A stretch of 62,350 bases of DNA, filler included, from Deltaproteobacteria bacterium (GTDB lineage: Bacteria; JAUYMQ01): NCBI GenBank assembly GCA_030698575.1. It is 12 parts of 12 records of this genome, joined end to end, with 100 filler letters (N's around TTAATTAATTAA, not from the genome) between each part and the next. Parts side by side here need not be neighbours in the genome. Positions count along the whole stretch, not along the records: positions 1 to 4,515 come from JAUYMQ010000638.1; positions 4,616 to 22,769 come from JAUYMQ010000645.1; 10 more parts are not named here. One strand, given 5' to 3'. Position numbers and translations under genes: made by a program. Numbering within the stretch: the stretch's first letter is position 1; each line of letters starts with the position of its first letter. This document shows positions 1 through 9,448 of this stretch, piece by piece. Below the pieces are notes generated by a model. That model saw nothing but the letters and a program-made list of their open reading frames with translations. It did not search any database and was not told where the DNA came from.

Positions 1-1
1 G

Positions 2-994
2 GTGTCCGAGCGCCCCAATATGCCCTACCGATTCGCGCTCTATGAGAGCGAGGTTCCGAACGCGCTTTCTCTGCCCGACGGCAGCGTTTTCGTGTCACTC
101 GGAATGGCCTCCCAGTGTGAAGGGGATGATCAGATTGCGGCGATCCTCGCCCACGAGATCGCCCATGTGTCTTGCAAGCATTCACTCAAGGCCTATGATC
201 GCCTCTTGACGGTGCAGGCGCTCTCGACCATCACCCAGATCGCCCTGATCGCTTCCGGCCAGTCCCAGGCGAGCGTCGATTGGGCCGGCCTCGGCAGCTC
301 ACTCGCAGGGCAACTCATCGACAAGGGTTATACCCGGACGCAGGAGCACGAGGCGGATCAGGTAGGCGCCGTCTACCTTGCGAAGGCCGGATACGATCCC
401 CTGGCGATGGTGGACGTCTTCGCGCGGATCGAGGAACTTCAGGGAAATCGGGGAAGTGGATTCAACAAGACTCACCCTTTTCCGAAGGATCGCATTAAAC
501 AGGTAGGGCTGTTCGTTGACGCCGGGTTGCCGGACGAGCAGGGCAAATCCATTGTTGTCGCCGCCAAGGATCGCGAACCCCGGATGCATTCAGTCGCAAT
601 GCAGACAATGACTGTCGTGGAAGAAACATCCGTTGGACGGGACCCCGCTTCCTGGAAATCTCTCACTCCAGGAAAGAGCACCCTCGATGAGGCTATCCAG
701 GCGCTGGGGACTCCCGTCAGCCGCGACGAGAGTGGTCCCGGCCTTGCACGCGCGCGCTTCGGGGATGCGGGAAAAGAAGTGGTGATCTCCACCGATGAAA
801 ACGTCATCGAAATCATCGAGGTGATGCCGGATGTCATGATGTCCGCGTCGGACCTCGAGGCCGCATTCGGCAAGCCGGAACGAGAAAGCCGAAACGATGA
901 CTTCATCCGCCTTTGGCACTATGGCGACGGCAGGACCTTCGTTTTCCGCAAGGACATCCGGACCGTGGATCGGATCATCTACGCCGACCTCTGA
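2..994 (+). CDS. M48 family zinc metalloprotease, 5'-truncated
   Basis: PNALSLPDG, AAILAHEIAH (HExxH), EHEAD and THP motifs. Confidence 0.85.
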   Translation: MSERPNMPYRFALYESEVPNALSLPDGSVFVSLGMASQCEGDDQIAAILAHEIAHVSCKHSLKAYDRLLTVQALSTITQIALIASGQSQASVDWAGLGSSLAGQLIDKGYTRTQEHEADQVGAVYLAKAGYDPLAMVDVFARIEELQGNRGSGFNKTHPFPKDRIKQVGLFVDAGLPDEQGKSIVVAAKDREPRMHSVAMQTMTVVEETSVGRDPASWKSLTPGKSTLDEAIQALGTPVSRDESGPGLARARFGDAGKEVVISTDENVIEIIEVMPDVMMSASDLEAAFGKPERESRNDDFIRLWHYGDGRTFVFRKDIRTVDRIIYADL

Positions 995-1140
995 GTGATC
1001 TTCAAGCCTCTCCACGATTCCTTCGATCCAGCTCAAGGCTCGGGCGGCGCACGCACCGCGACTTGACGGCCGGCGCCGCGTTGATCAAGGCTTTCGGGGG
1101 TCGACTGTCACCGTTCGAGCCCTGTCGAAGGGACGCAATC

Positions 1141-1743
1141 GTGCTTCCATTCGCCCGGAAAATTCTACTCGTGTCGCTGCTCGCGCCGGGATTGTGGGCG
1201 CTTTCCGCCCCGTCCGTCCCTGCCGCCGAGCAGACCGCGAGAGTCACCTCTCAGGGAGATGCGACAATGACCATGGCGCTTTGCTCATCGAGCTTCGAGC
1301 ATCAGGGGGAGATCCCCATGAAGTACACCTGCGAGGGGGAGGACATCTCGCCCCCTCTCGCCTGGTCCGGCGCGCCGGAGGAGACCCGGAGCCTGATTCT
1401 CATCGTGGACGACCCCGACGTCCCCGATCCCGCCGCGCCGGTGAGGACCTGGGTTCACTGGGTCCTTTATAATATTCCGCCCTCGACCAAGGGTCTGCCC
1501 GAGGCCACTCAGAGCGGTGATCTTCCTCCCGGAACCCGCGAAGGGTTGAACGACTGGGAGCGAAAGGGCTACGGCGGCCCGTGCCCGCCCATCGGGCGGC
1601 ACCGCTACCTCCACAAACTTTACGCCCTCGACACCGAGTTGCCCGACCTCGGGAGCCCGACGAAAGTGGAGCTTGAGGAGGCGATGGAGGGGCATGTGCT
1701 TGCGAAGACCGAACTCATCGGCACCTACGAGAAGCAGCGCTGA
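1141..1743 (+). CDS. YbhB/YbcL (PEBP, Raf kinase inhibitor-like) protein; start may instead be ATG 1267
   Basis: SPPLAW, DDPD, WVHWVLYNIP, GYGGPCPP and HRY motifs. Confidence 0.9.
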   Translation: MLPFARKILLVSLLAPGLWALSAPSVPAAEQTARVTSQGDATMTMALCSSSFEHQGEIPMKYTCEGEDISPPLAWSGAPEETRSLILIVDDPDVPDPAAPVRTWVHWVLYNIPPSTKGLPEATQSGDLPPGTREGLNDWERKGYGGPCPPIGRHRYLHKLYALDTELPDLGSPTKVELEEAMEGHVLAKTELIGTYEKQR

Positions 1744-1817
1744 ACCGTAGTCGGCGCTCGGGCAAGCGCCGGGGCACAAACGTTTTTCGGCGCTGGTTAG
1801 CAGAAAGGGAAAGGTCC

Positions 1818-3215
1818 ATGTTCGATAGCAACGGAACTCGCCGCTTCGCCTGGGCGCTGCCCCTGGCGACCTTCGTGGCCATGGCACTCCCGGCCGGGCC
1901 CGCTGCGGGCCAGAGCCTGGCGCTTTCGCCCACACCGCCCAAGCTGCACTGCGTGCTCGCCGGGAAGTCCGACACGTGGATCACGAACGCGTCGCCGGGG
2001 TGCTATTCCTTCGAGCTGACGTCGAACGACCTGGATTCACACGCGAAGGCAAAGGCCGCCAACCCTCCCGCCTCGCACTTCTTCGTCATCTACCGGGTCA
2101 TCAACGTCTCCTGGGACACCCTCCCGCAGAACACGCCTTTCAGGCCGGAAACGGGCACGCTTGCCGAGGGGGACTTTCTGCACCACCGCAGTGCGGGCTC
2201 ACGCAGCTTCCACGCATCAGGCAACCTCTGTTGCACCAAGACGGACACCCCTTACCCCTGCTGCAACGACAACAGCAAGTGCACCGGCCCCGACACGCCC
2301 TTCCCCTGCTGCACGGGCGCCAAAACGGGCACCTGCACATTGGCCAAGGACAGCACCTGTAACACCCCCGAGGTCCTCTCCTGGGACGGCTGCACCGAGG
2401 CCAACCCGGCCGATTGCCCTGCCTCGTCGCGGTGGGACATGCGGCACACGATCGGCTCCGGCGGCGCCGGCTGCTTTACTGTCGGCCTCCCCTACGATCT
2501 GCGCGCCGAGGGCGAGCACGAGTTCCTGAATTTCGCCTCCACGAATCTCAGAAACATGATCGTTGCGGACGCAGACCGGCTGACGAACGGCGACGAGTGC
2601 TCGCCGGCCTGCTCGATCCAGGGGATCCGGATCGACGAGCCGCAGCTCGGTTACTCCGCTGCCGGCATGGATTTCACCGACGTCCTGGAGCTGCCGGTGG
2701 CGTCCTCGCCGACGGACGCTCAGAACTACGTGGACACCTACGCCGACTTCATCGCCCACCTCAAAACACAGCGCCCGTCCTTCAAAGTGTTTCCGTCGCT
2801 CCCGTTCTTCCTGCAGGATCGGGAGGGCGCCTGGGAGCGCCAGCTCATCAGCGCCGCGAAGGCTATGGCCACCGAACGGGTGGGGAGCGTGTCCTATAGC
2901 CGCATTTGCGTCGCCTACTCGGGGAACACCTGCATCGAAGGGTCACGGGCGGCGAAGATCCAGCCAGGCGAGTGGGACCACACGCTGGATTCGATCTCGA
3001 CCTTCGCGCGCATTCTCTACGGTGAGAACAGTCCGAACATCGAGGTGATCATCGAGCCGTTCCGCGCGGGACGCGGCATGACCTGGCTCCAGGAGCTATG
3101 CGCGGACGCGGGCGACGCGTGCTACTTCGGCCTCCACGACGCATGCGGCAGCGCACCTGGCGGGAACGGGTGCTACTCGAAGGACGGCGTTCTCTCGGGA
3201 ATATCCGTTCAGTAG
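1818..3215 (+). CDS. Secreted Cys-rich hypothetical protein
   Basis: Purine-rich RBS-like stretch, signal-peptide-like N-terminus, many Cys, duplicated DTP(Y/F)PCC motif. Confidence 0.7.
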   Translation: MFDSNGTRRFAWALPLATFVAMALPAGPAAGQSLALSPTPPKLHCVLAGKSDTWITNASPGCYSFELTSNDLDSHAKAKAANPPASHFFVIYRVINVSWDTLPQNTPFRPETGTLAEGDFLHHRSAGSRSFHASGNLCCTKTDTPYPCCNDNSKCTGPDTPFPCCTGAKTGTCTLAKDSTCNTPEVLSWDGCTEANPADCPASSRWDMRHTIGSGGAGCFTVGLPYDLRAEGEHEFLNFASTNLRNMIVADADRLTNGDECSPACSIQGIRIDEPQLGYSAAGMDFTDVLELPVASSPTDAQNYVDTYADFIAHLKTQRPSFKVFPSLPFFLQDREGAWERQLISAAKAMATERVGSVSYSRICVAYSGNTCIEGSRAAKIQPGEWDHTLDSISTFARILYGENSPNIEVIIEPFRAGRGMTWLQELCADAGDACYFGLHDACGSAPGGNGCYSKDGVLSGISVQ

Positions 3216-3273
3216 TTCCACGCGCCCGGGCCTGGCGCGCGTGTCAGGAACGCCCTGACGCGATCCCGGAGGC

Positions 3274-4515
3274 ATGTTGAGATCCCCCGATGAAATCGCC
3301 GCACGAACCGCAGGGGAGCGCCTTCGGGCCGCTCTTCTCGCCGTTCTGTGCCTGGCGGCTTTCGCATCTCCCGCGTCCGCCGCCACGCTGGCCCCCGGCG
3401 ACATCCTGATCGCCGACTTCAGCGCCCTCGACGACACCGGCGCGATCATCCGCGTCGACGCCGTCACGGGGAACCAGACACTCATCGCCATTTCCGGGAT
3501 CTTCGTCGACCCCTTCGGCATCGCACTCGAGTCGAGCGGCCAGATACTCGTGGCCGACCGGGTGACGGGAATCATCCGCATCAACCCGGCCACGGGCGCG
3601 CAGTCCCTCCTCTCGGCCGGCGGAAACCTCGACGACCCCATTGATCTGACCCTGGAGCCCGACGGCAACATCCTCGTCATCGATCGGACAAACGGCGTTA
3701 TCCGGATCGACCCGACGACCGGCGCGCAAGCCGTGGTGTCTTCGGGGGGCAGCCTTGCGAGCCCGGGGGCCATCGCCCTCGGAGAGACCGGTGACGCGCT
3801 GGTCGCCGACCGCGACGCCTTCGGCGGCGACGGAGGGATCCTGAGCATCGACAGGGTGAGCGGGGCCCAGAGCGTGGTGTCGTCGGGAGGCTCGTTTCTC
3901 GATCCGCTCGGCGTCACTCAGGGTAACTCCGGGCTCATCTTCGCGGCGGACGCGACGGCGGGCCTGATCCTGGAGATCAATCCAGGCACGGGCGGGCAGA
4001 CGACCCTGGCCTCCGGCGGAAACCTGGGTTCCCCCTTCGGCGTGACTCTCGACGGCAACGGCCGCGTGCTCGTTTTCGATCAGACGCTCGGGGGAACCGG
4101 CGGGAAGGTCATACGAATCGATCCCGGCACGGGGACGCAATACGTGGTGGCGTCGGGCGTCTATTTCGACGATCCCTACGGAATCCTGTCCGTTCCCGAG
4201 GACTTCACGCCGCCCTCGACCCCGCCCACGAGCCCCGGCGACATCCTCGTGAGCGACTTCAGCGCCTTTGGCGGAACCGGCGGGCTCCTTCGCGTCAGTT
4301 CCCAGACGGGGACCCAGACTGCCCTCTCCTCCGGAATTAATTTCGACGAGCCCTTCGGGAATCGCGGTCGAGAGCAGCGGCCAGCTCGTCGTTACCAACC
4401 CTGACACGGCGCAGGTGCTCCGCATCGGGCCGCTGACCGGGGTCCAGTCAGTCGTAAGCTCCGGCGGGCTGCTGCAGAACCCCATCGGCATCGCGATGGA
4501 AGCGAGCGGGTACCT
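3274..4515 (+). CDS. Secreted NHL-like beta-propeller repeat protein; frameshift near 4357-4360, runs off contig
   Basis: Repeats of DPFGIAL-x-G-x-ILVAD...IIRIDPxTGAQ; the pattern continues in a shifted frame (GIAVESSGQLVV). Confidence 0.75.
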
Positions 4516-4615
4516 NNNNNNNNNNNNNNNNNNNNNNNNNNNNNNNNNNNNNNNNNNNNTTAATTAATTAANNNNNNNNNNNNNNNNNNNNNNNNNNNNN
4601 NNNNNNNNNNNNNNN
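4516..4615. other. Artificial contig spacer; same spacer at 22770-22869, 26197-26296, 29548-29647, 32484-32583, 36891-36990, 40247-40346, 43336-43435, 47766-47865, 50513-50612, 57385-57484
   Basis: Identical 100-nt N-TTAATTAATTAA-N blocks giving stops in all six frames. Confidence 0.99.
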
Positions 4616-5357
4616 CGGCGGGCGGCGGCTCGGCGATGTGCTTCCCCACGATCTGCTGCGACGAGTCGCCGTCGAACGGCGGGGCGCCGGTCACCATCTG
4701 AAAGAGCACGGCGCCGAGTGAGTAGAGGTCCGAGCGGCGATCGAGGTTGGGGTCGCCGAGGGCCTGCTCGGGCGACATGTAGTGCGGCGTCCCGATCACC
4801 AGGCCCGTCTGCGTGAGGCCGGCGCCCGCCGCGCCGTCGAGCCGCCGCGCGATGCCAAAGTCCACGAGCAGCGGCCGGCCACGCGCGACGTCGAGCATGA
4901 TGTTGTCGGGCTTGATGTCGCGGTGCAGCAGCCCCGCCTTGTGCGCGTGATCGAGCGCGTCGAGGATCGGGATGATGATGGCGAGCGCACGCTCGGGCGG
5001 CAGCGCGCCCCCCCCTCCCCCGGAGCGCTTGAGCAGCTCGCCCAGCGACATCCCGTCCACGAACGGCATCGCGTAGTAGGCGAGCCCTTGGCCTTCGCCC
5101 ACGAAGTGGATCGGGAGGATGTTGGCGTGCTCGAGCCGGGCGGCGGCGCGCGTTTCGCGCTGAAAGCGCTCGATCATCCCGGCGGTCCAGGCGACGTCGG
5201 GCCGCAGGACTTTGACCGCCAGGCGGCGCTCCAGCTCCTTGTCCCAGACTTCGTAGACCTCGGCGAAGCCGCCCGAGCCGACGACGCGGCGGACTTCGTA
5301 CTTCTCGCCCAGGGCGGCGGCGAGGCGGGAGAGGGCGGGGGTATTGGGGTCGGACAT
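4616..5357 (-). CDS. Hanks-type Ser/Thr protein kinase, 3'-truncated
   Basis: [41 protein letters not shown]. Confidence 0.95.
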
Positions 5358-5413
5358 CGGCGCTACTATGGGGAGTTCACGCCGGCGAAGCAATCGGTCG
5401 TCGGGCCGCCCCT

Positions 5414-5929
5414 TCAGCGCGCCACCATCGCGATGGTCTCCCACGTGCGGGTCGTTTGCTCCTTGCCGAATGTCTTCTCGAGGAGTGTCATGAAGTCGGG
5501 GCCGTGCCGGGGGTTCGGGACGTAGACCGTGAACACCTCACTCCCTTTCATGGCGAGGATGCGAGCGTCCTCGAACGTGATCGGCAGCTTCAGCCGCGAT
5601 TTGTGGGGGTCGCGCAGGAACGTGACGATGCGCTTGGTGCCGGGCTTCAGGCGGAACCCACCGAACGGATCGGTGTCGAGGATTTTGCGCAGCGCGTCGA
5701 TGGAGCGCACGATCGTGAGGAACGTCTTGCCGAGGTGCTGCTGCATCGCGGCTTCGGCGGTGCGGGCGAGCGAGACGTCAGATCCTGGCTTGGCGCTGAA
5801 GACGACATTGCCGCTCGAGCGCACGGTCTTGACGTCGCCGAAGCCGGCCGATTCGAAGGCCTGTCGCAGCTCGGCCATCCTGGCGTTCATGGGCATCACG
5901 CCGCGGAGAAATGCCGCGTAACGTTTCAT
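5414..5929 (-). CDS. DUF1697 family protein
   Basis: N-terminal YAAFLRG, SGNVVF, C-terminal TTRTWET. Confidence 0.85.
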   Translation of the reverse strand: MKRYAAFLRGVMPMNARMAELRQAFESAGFGDVKTVRSSGNVVFSAKPGSDVSLARTAEAAMQQHLGKTFLTIVRSIDALRKILDTDPFGGFRLKPGTKRIVTFLRDPHKSRLKLPITFEDARILAMKGSEVFTVYVPNPRHGPDFMTLLEKTFGKEQTTRTWETIAMVAR

Positions 5930-5988
5930 AGGTGCGGGAAAGGTACAGCAGCTAACGGATTCTTCGCGCCTGGCGCCCCCACTCCTCA

Positions 5989-6023
5989 GCAGATCCTTCG
6001 CGCCTGCGGGGCTCAGGATGACA
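5989..6023 (+). repeat. REP-like palindromic repeat, family A copy 1
   Basis: GCAGATCCTTCGCGCCTGCGGGGCTCAGGATGACA; 30/35 identical to 8698-8732; partial copy near 5957. Confidence 0.7.
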
Positions 6024-6044
6024 CGCTCGCTGCAGTGTATCCTC

Positions 6045-6644
6045 ATGAAAACTCTACTGCCATTCCTGGCATTCGTGCTCGCAGCGGGCTCGGGCGGCGC
6101 CCAGACGCCCGCTCGACGCAGCGGCGAACAGATCGATTCGTCGTTCAACGCGCACAAGGGCGAGTTCAACTACCTGCTCGGCGACTGGGAATTCAGGGCC
6201 ACGAGCATGCAGTGGGGTGAGTTCCGGGGGTACTGGAGCGCGGTGCAGCTCGACGAAGGGCAGATCCTGGATGAGTACCGGGTGGTAGGCGACAGCGGCG
6301 AGACCTACTACGTCACCACCACGCTGCGCAATTACAACGGCGCGGCGGACCGCTGGGAGCTGATCGGCGCCGACGCCGGACGGGGCCTCCTGGACTTCGG
6401 CACCGCCCGGAAGGTCGGGAGCGAGATGCACATCGAGCAGCGCTTCGGCGTGGCCGCCGGCGACTCGGCGCTGTCGCGGATACGCTATCACAACATCCAG
6501 CCGGACCGGTTCTCGTGGACTTTGGACCGCTCGGTGGACGGCGGCAAGACGTGGATCGTGGCCGCTCAGACCATCGAGGCTCGGCGCATCGGGCCCGCGC
6601 GGAGCATCGGCGCCCTGGCACCGGCGCGGAACAAGAAGCCATGA
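6045..6644 (+). CDS. Secreted hypothetical protein (DUF1579-like)
   Basis: Signal peptide; FNYLLGDW and SVDGGKTW motifs. Confidence 0.65.
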   Translation: MKTLLPFLAFVLAAGSGGAQTPARRSGEQIDSSFNAHKGEFNYLLGDWEFRATSMQWGEFRGYWSAVQLDEGQILDEYRVVGDSGETYYVTTTLRNYNGAADRWELIGADAGRGLLDFGTARKVGSEMHIEQRFGVAAGDSALSRIRYHNIQPDRFSWTLDRSVDGGKTWIVAAQTIEARRIGPARSIGALAPARNKKP

Positions 6645-6723
6645 GTTGCTCTCACGCTCGGGCCTAGGCTTTATCCGGGAGCAAGTCGACGGCACCCCCA
6701 AGCGCTTGCGCGGAATTCAATGG

Positions 6724-7755
6724 TTACGGACGACGGCCGCGCCCGCTCCCGCCCCCATCGCGCCGCCCGCCGCTCGACGGCCGCGCCGCCGGGCGCGATC
6801 CACCATTGCCGCCACGCGTCACACTCGGTCTGCCGCGCGGCGAACTGGGCCGCTCACGCGTTATGCTCGGCCGGTCGCGCGTGACGCGCGGCTTGCCGCG
6901 CGACGTGCCAGCGTCGCGCGTCCGAGGAGCGATGGTCGGGTTCGTCGTCGAGCCGCTGCGCTGACGGACTTCTGCCGGTGTATACCGCACGCGGTCGCGC
7001 GGAATCACGAAGCGCGAGCCACCGCCGCCCGTATGCCCGCCTCCCACAAACGTCGTGCCGAAGCGGCCGAAGCCGAACCCGAAGCGGGAGCGGTATCCGT
7101 AGTAGCAGCTCGCGCTCCAACCCCAGAAGGCATCGTAGCAGAACGGGTCATAGAACGGATCGTGGAAATACGACGATCGATACGGATAACCGAACGACAG
7201 GCCCAGACGGAACCGGTTGTGATAGCCATATCCGTATCCGTCGTGTCCGTAACGCCCGGCAATCTGGCGGCCGACCACGTAGCTGGCGGCGTCGTACTCG
7301 AAGCGCTGCTCGCCGCTCATCTGTCGCACGATGTCGAGCAGCCCCGCGAGCGGGTCCGCGCGCACCGTCCCGGCGCCGAGGGAGCGGTAGTCCCAGTGAT
7401 CGTTGCGGACGAAGCCATCGTAAGTGAAGGGATCGGCTGAGACGGCGGCGAGCACCGTACCCGCGCCGTCCGCGGCGTCCACGAAAATCGCGTCGCGATC
7501 CGAGCGGCCGCGCAGCTCCTGGCGCCGGCCGCCGCGCACGAAGGCATCGTCGGTGGGATCGAGCGGGAACAGGACGCGGACGCGGCCCTGAGGATCAGCG
7601 TGGAGAACGACGAGGAAGCCGTCCTGCGCGGTCTGGACGTAGACGCGGGCGCGATCGCCGCGAGAGAATTGCTCGTGATCGAGCCGGACCGTGATGGGGG
7701 CCGGGATGTCCTGAGCGACAGCGGGTGCAAGGGCGAGCAGCACAGCGAGCAGCAT
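6724..7755 (-). CDS. DUF4384-domain secreted protein with Tyr/Gly/Arg-rich tail
   Basis: GAGGAG RBS, signal peptide, GRVRVLFP motif. Confidence 0.7.
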   Translation of the reverse strand: MLLAVLLALAPAVAQDIPAPITVRLDHEQFSRGDRARVYVQTAQDGFLVVLHADPQGRVRVLFPLDPTDDAFVRGGRRQELRGRSDRDAIFVDAADGAGTVLAAVSADPFTYDGFVRNDHWDYRSLGAGTVRADPLAGLLDIVRQMSGEQRFEYDAASYVVGRQIAGRYGHDGYGYGYHNRFRLGLSFGYPYRSSYFHDPFYDPFCYDAFWGWSASCYYGYRSRFGFGFGRFGTTFVGGGHTGGGGSRFVIPRDRVRYTPAEVRQRSGSTTNPTIAPRTRDAGTSRGKPRVTRDRPSITRERPSSPRGRPSVTRGGNGGSRPAARPSSGGRRDGGGSGRGRRP

Positions 7756-7827
7756 GGGCGTCTCCTCGTGTCTTTCAATATACCCCAGGCTTGCGCCGAT
7801 GGATTTGCGTTCGCCGTCGCGGTGGAC

Positions 7828-8283
7828 CTAGCGCAACCGCCTGACCTCTTCGAGGGCTTCGATGTCCGCGGCGTCTTGCAGCCGTCCCGTGCGCTTGGTC
7901 TCGATGAGGTCGTCGATTCCAATCAGGGGAATCTTGACCCCGTCTACATCCACGGTACCTGCGTTGGGTGCCGCCTGCTCGTATTTGACCTTCCACGCGA
8001 CCGTGAACACGTCGACTCGCGGGTCGTCGCCGATGACCGTGATCGGACGCTTCAGGACCTCAGCTGCGGTCCACTCGCGGGCGAAGCCATAGCCAAGTGT
8101 CGTCAGTGCTTTAAGGACGCGCGCGGCGTTCGCTTCAGTGCGCTCGATCAGGATATCGATGTCTTCGGTCGCGCGCGCGTATCCATGCAGAATGCAGGCG
8201 ACACCTCCGATGACGAGGTATTTCGCCTTGCCGCGATTCAGCGCCGCGCAGACCGGTGTTATCCGCGATTGGCTCTTTTCCAT
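7828..8283 (-). CDS. Nucleotidyltransferase-fold protein (DUF6036-like), candidate TA component
   Basis: YLVIGGVA-x-HGYARATEDIDI; C-terminal K-x-TGR-x-D-x2-D. Confidence 0.8.
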   Translation of the reverse strand: MEKSQSRITPVCAALNRGKAKYLVIGGVACILHGYARATEDIDILIERTEANAARVLKALTTLGYGFAREWTAAEVLKRPITVIGDDPRVDVFTVAWKVKYEQAAPNAGTVDVDGVKIPLIGIDDLIETKRTGRLQDAADIEALEEVRRLR

Positions 8284-8624
8284 TCGTAGAAGTCCTCGTA
8301 GGAATCGAAGCCGATGATTTGCTGCACCGCGCCACGCCGCCGGCGCCGGCTCTGGGCGAGCCGCGACGTTGCCTCGGCCACTCGGAGCCGTTCGGCAGGC
8401 GAACGCGCGAGATCGCGCTCGAGCTGCTCGCGTCGAGCGACACCGACAGCGTCGGATCCGTAGGCGGGTTGTGGCGACTCGCGGACTGCGCTCGGACCTG
8501 TCAGGTATGCGCGCAGCGCATCGACAATCACCCGGCTGCGCGAGCGGTCGAGCTGCTTCGCGCGGCGGTCGGCAGCCGCGAGAACGCTTTTCGGCAGGGT
8601 AATGGCGATGCGAGCGTAGGCCAT
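8259..8624 (-). CDS. Ribbon-helix-helix (CopG-like) protein, candidate antitoxin
   Basis: RIAITLP...DRSRSRVIVDALRAYL; overlaps the downstream nucleotidyltransferase gene. Confidence 0.75.
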   Translation of the reverse strand: MAYARIAITLPKSVLAAADRRAKQLDRSRSRVIVDALRAYLTGPSAVRESPQPAYGSDAVGVARREQLERDLARSPAERLRVAEATSRLAQSRRRRRGAVQQIIGFDSYEDFYEWKRANRG

Positions 8625-8697
8625 GGGCGTACCTAGTATTACTGGGTATGAGTAAAATACTTCAGGGGAGGGAAAGAGAGAAGGGGGGTGGTCAAAA

Positions 8698-8732
8698 GCA
8701 GATCGGTCGCGCCTGTGGCGCTCGGGATGACA
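8698..8732 (+). repeat. REP-like palindromic repeat, family A copy 2
   Basis: GCAGATCGGTCGCGCCTGTGGCGCTCGGGATGACA. Confidence 0.65.
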
Positions 8733-8871
8733 GCCCGCTGGGCGCATGTAAAGCAAGAAGAAGCGTGGTTGGTTGGGTCCGTGCGCTGAAGCGCCGGCTC
8801 GGCTACTGCGCACGCCCTGAAGGGCGTCGATTGCCACCGCGCGCGTCCTCATTGTCAGCGCGCGTTGTCCT

Positions 8872-9270
8872 CGATCCAGCTCGAGTGTCCTCCGATCCCC
8901 CTAACGCACACTTCGATCAGTCGCGCGCGGACCGCGACCTGGCTGCAGCGCATCCCGATCGAACGTACGGGCGTGGCGATCGATTGTGCGCCCACCGCGA
9001 CCCGACTCGCGCCGACTCGGGCCGACCGAAGGCGGATCCCGACCGAGCTGCAGAGCCTGCCGATGAGACTTTCGTGGACCCCGATCGAGTGCGCGGGCGT
9101 GCCGAGCGGTTTTCACCGCATCCCGATCGATCGCGAGCGAACGTCGATCGCACTCGAGCGCACTGCGATCGGGCGAGCGCGGGCTCCGTGTCGAAATGCG
9201 TGGACAGCGATCGTGGCGCGGGGCTTTGCGTTTCAGCGAGCGCGCGTTGCGCGGCTCGCGCAGTGTCTCC
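8872..9270. repeat. Degenerate tandem array of 19 units with an exact 21-nt period
   Basis: CG at unit positions 1-2 in 18/19 units (mostly CGAT/CGAC), G at position 14 in 18/19, no indels. Confidence 0.85.
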
Positions 9271-9395
9271 GCCCGAGGACAACGGCGAGTGGACGTGAGC
9301 ACGAATCCGCGTGGCCCGATTTATCCAAAGCTGCACGTGGCGTCGGAGAGGATGGTCGTCACCTATGGCTCCTCTCTGTTCCGGAGAGGGTCGTC

Positions 9396-9437
9396 CTCAC
9401 CCCCGGGCCCCCTCTCCGTTCCGGAGAGGGGGAACTC
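9396..9437 (+). repeat. 42-nt palindromic repeat, family B copy 1 (partial copy at 9371-9390)
   Basis: CTCACCCCCGGGCCCCCTCTCCGTTCCGGAGAGGGGGAACTC; 38/42 identical to 13854-13895. Confidence 0.85.
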
Positions 9438-9448
9438 AAGGAGGGGTT

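Noticed and set aside
8872-9270. 21-nt array as a CRISPR or TIGR array
   Set aside because: No constant repeat separated by unique spacers, period too short, and no cas or Nop-domain gene nearby
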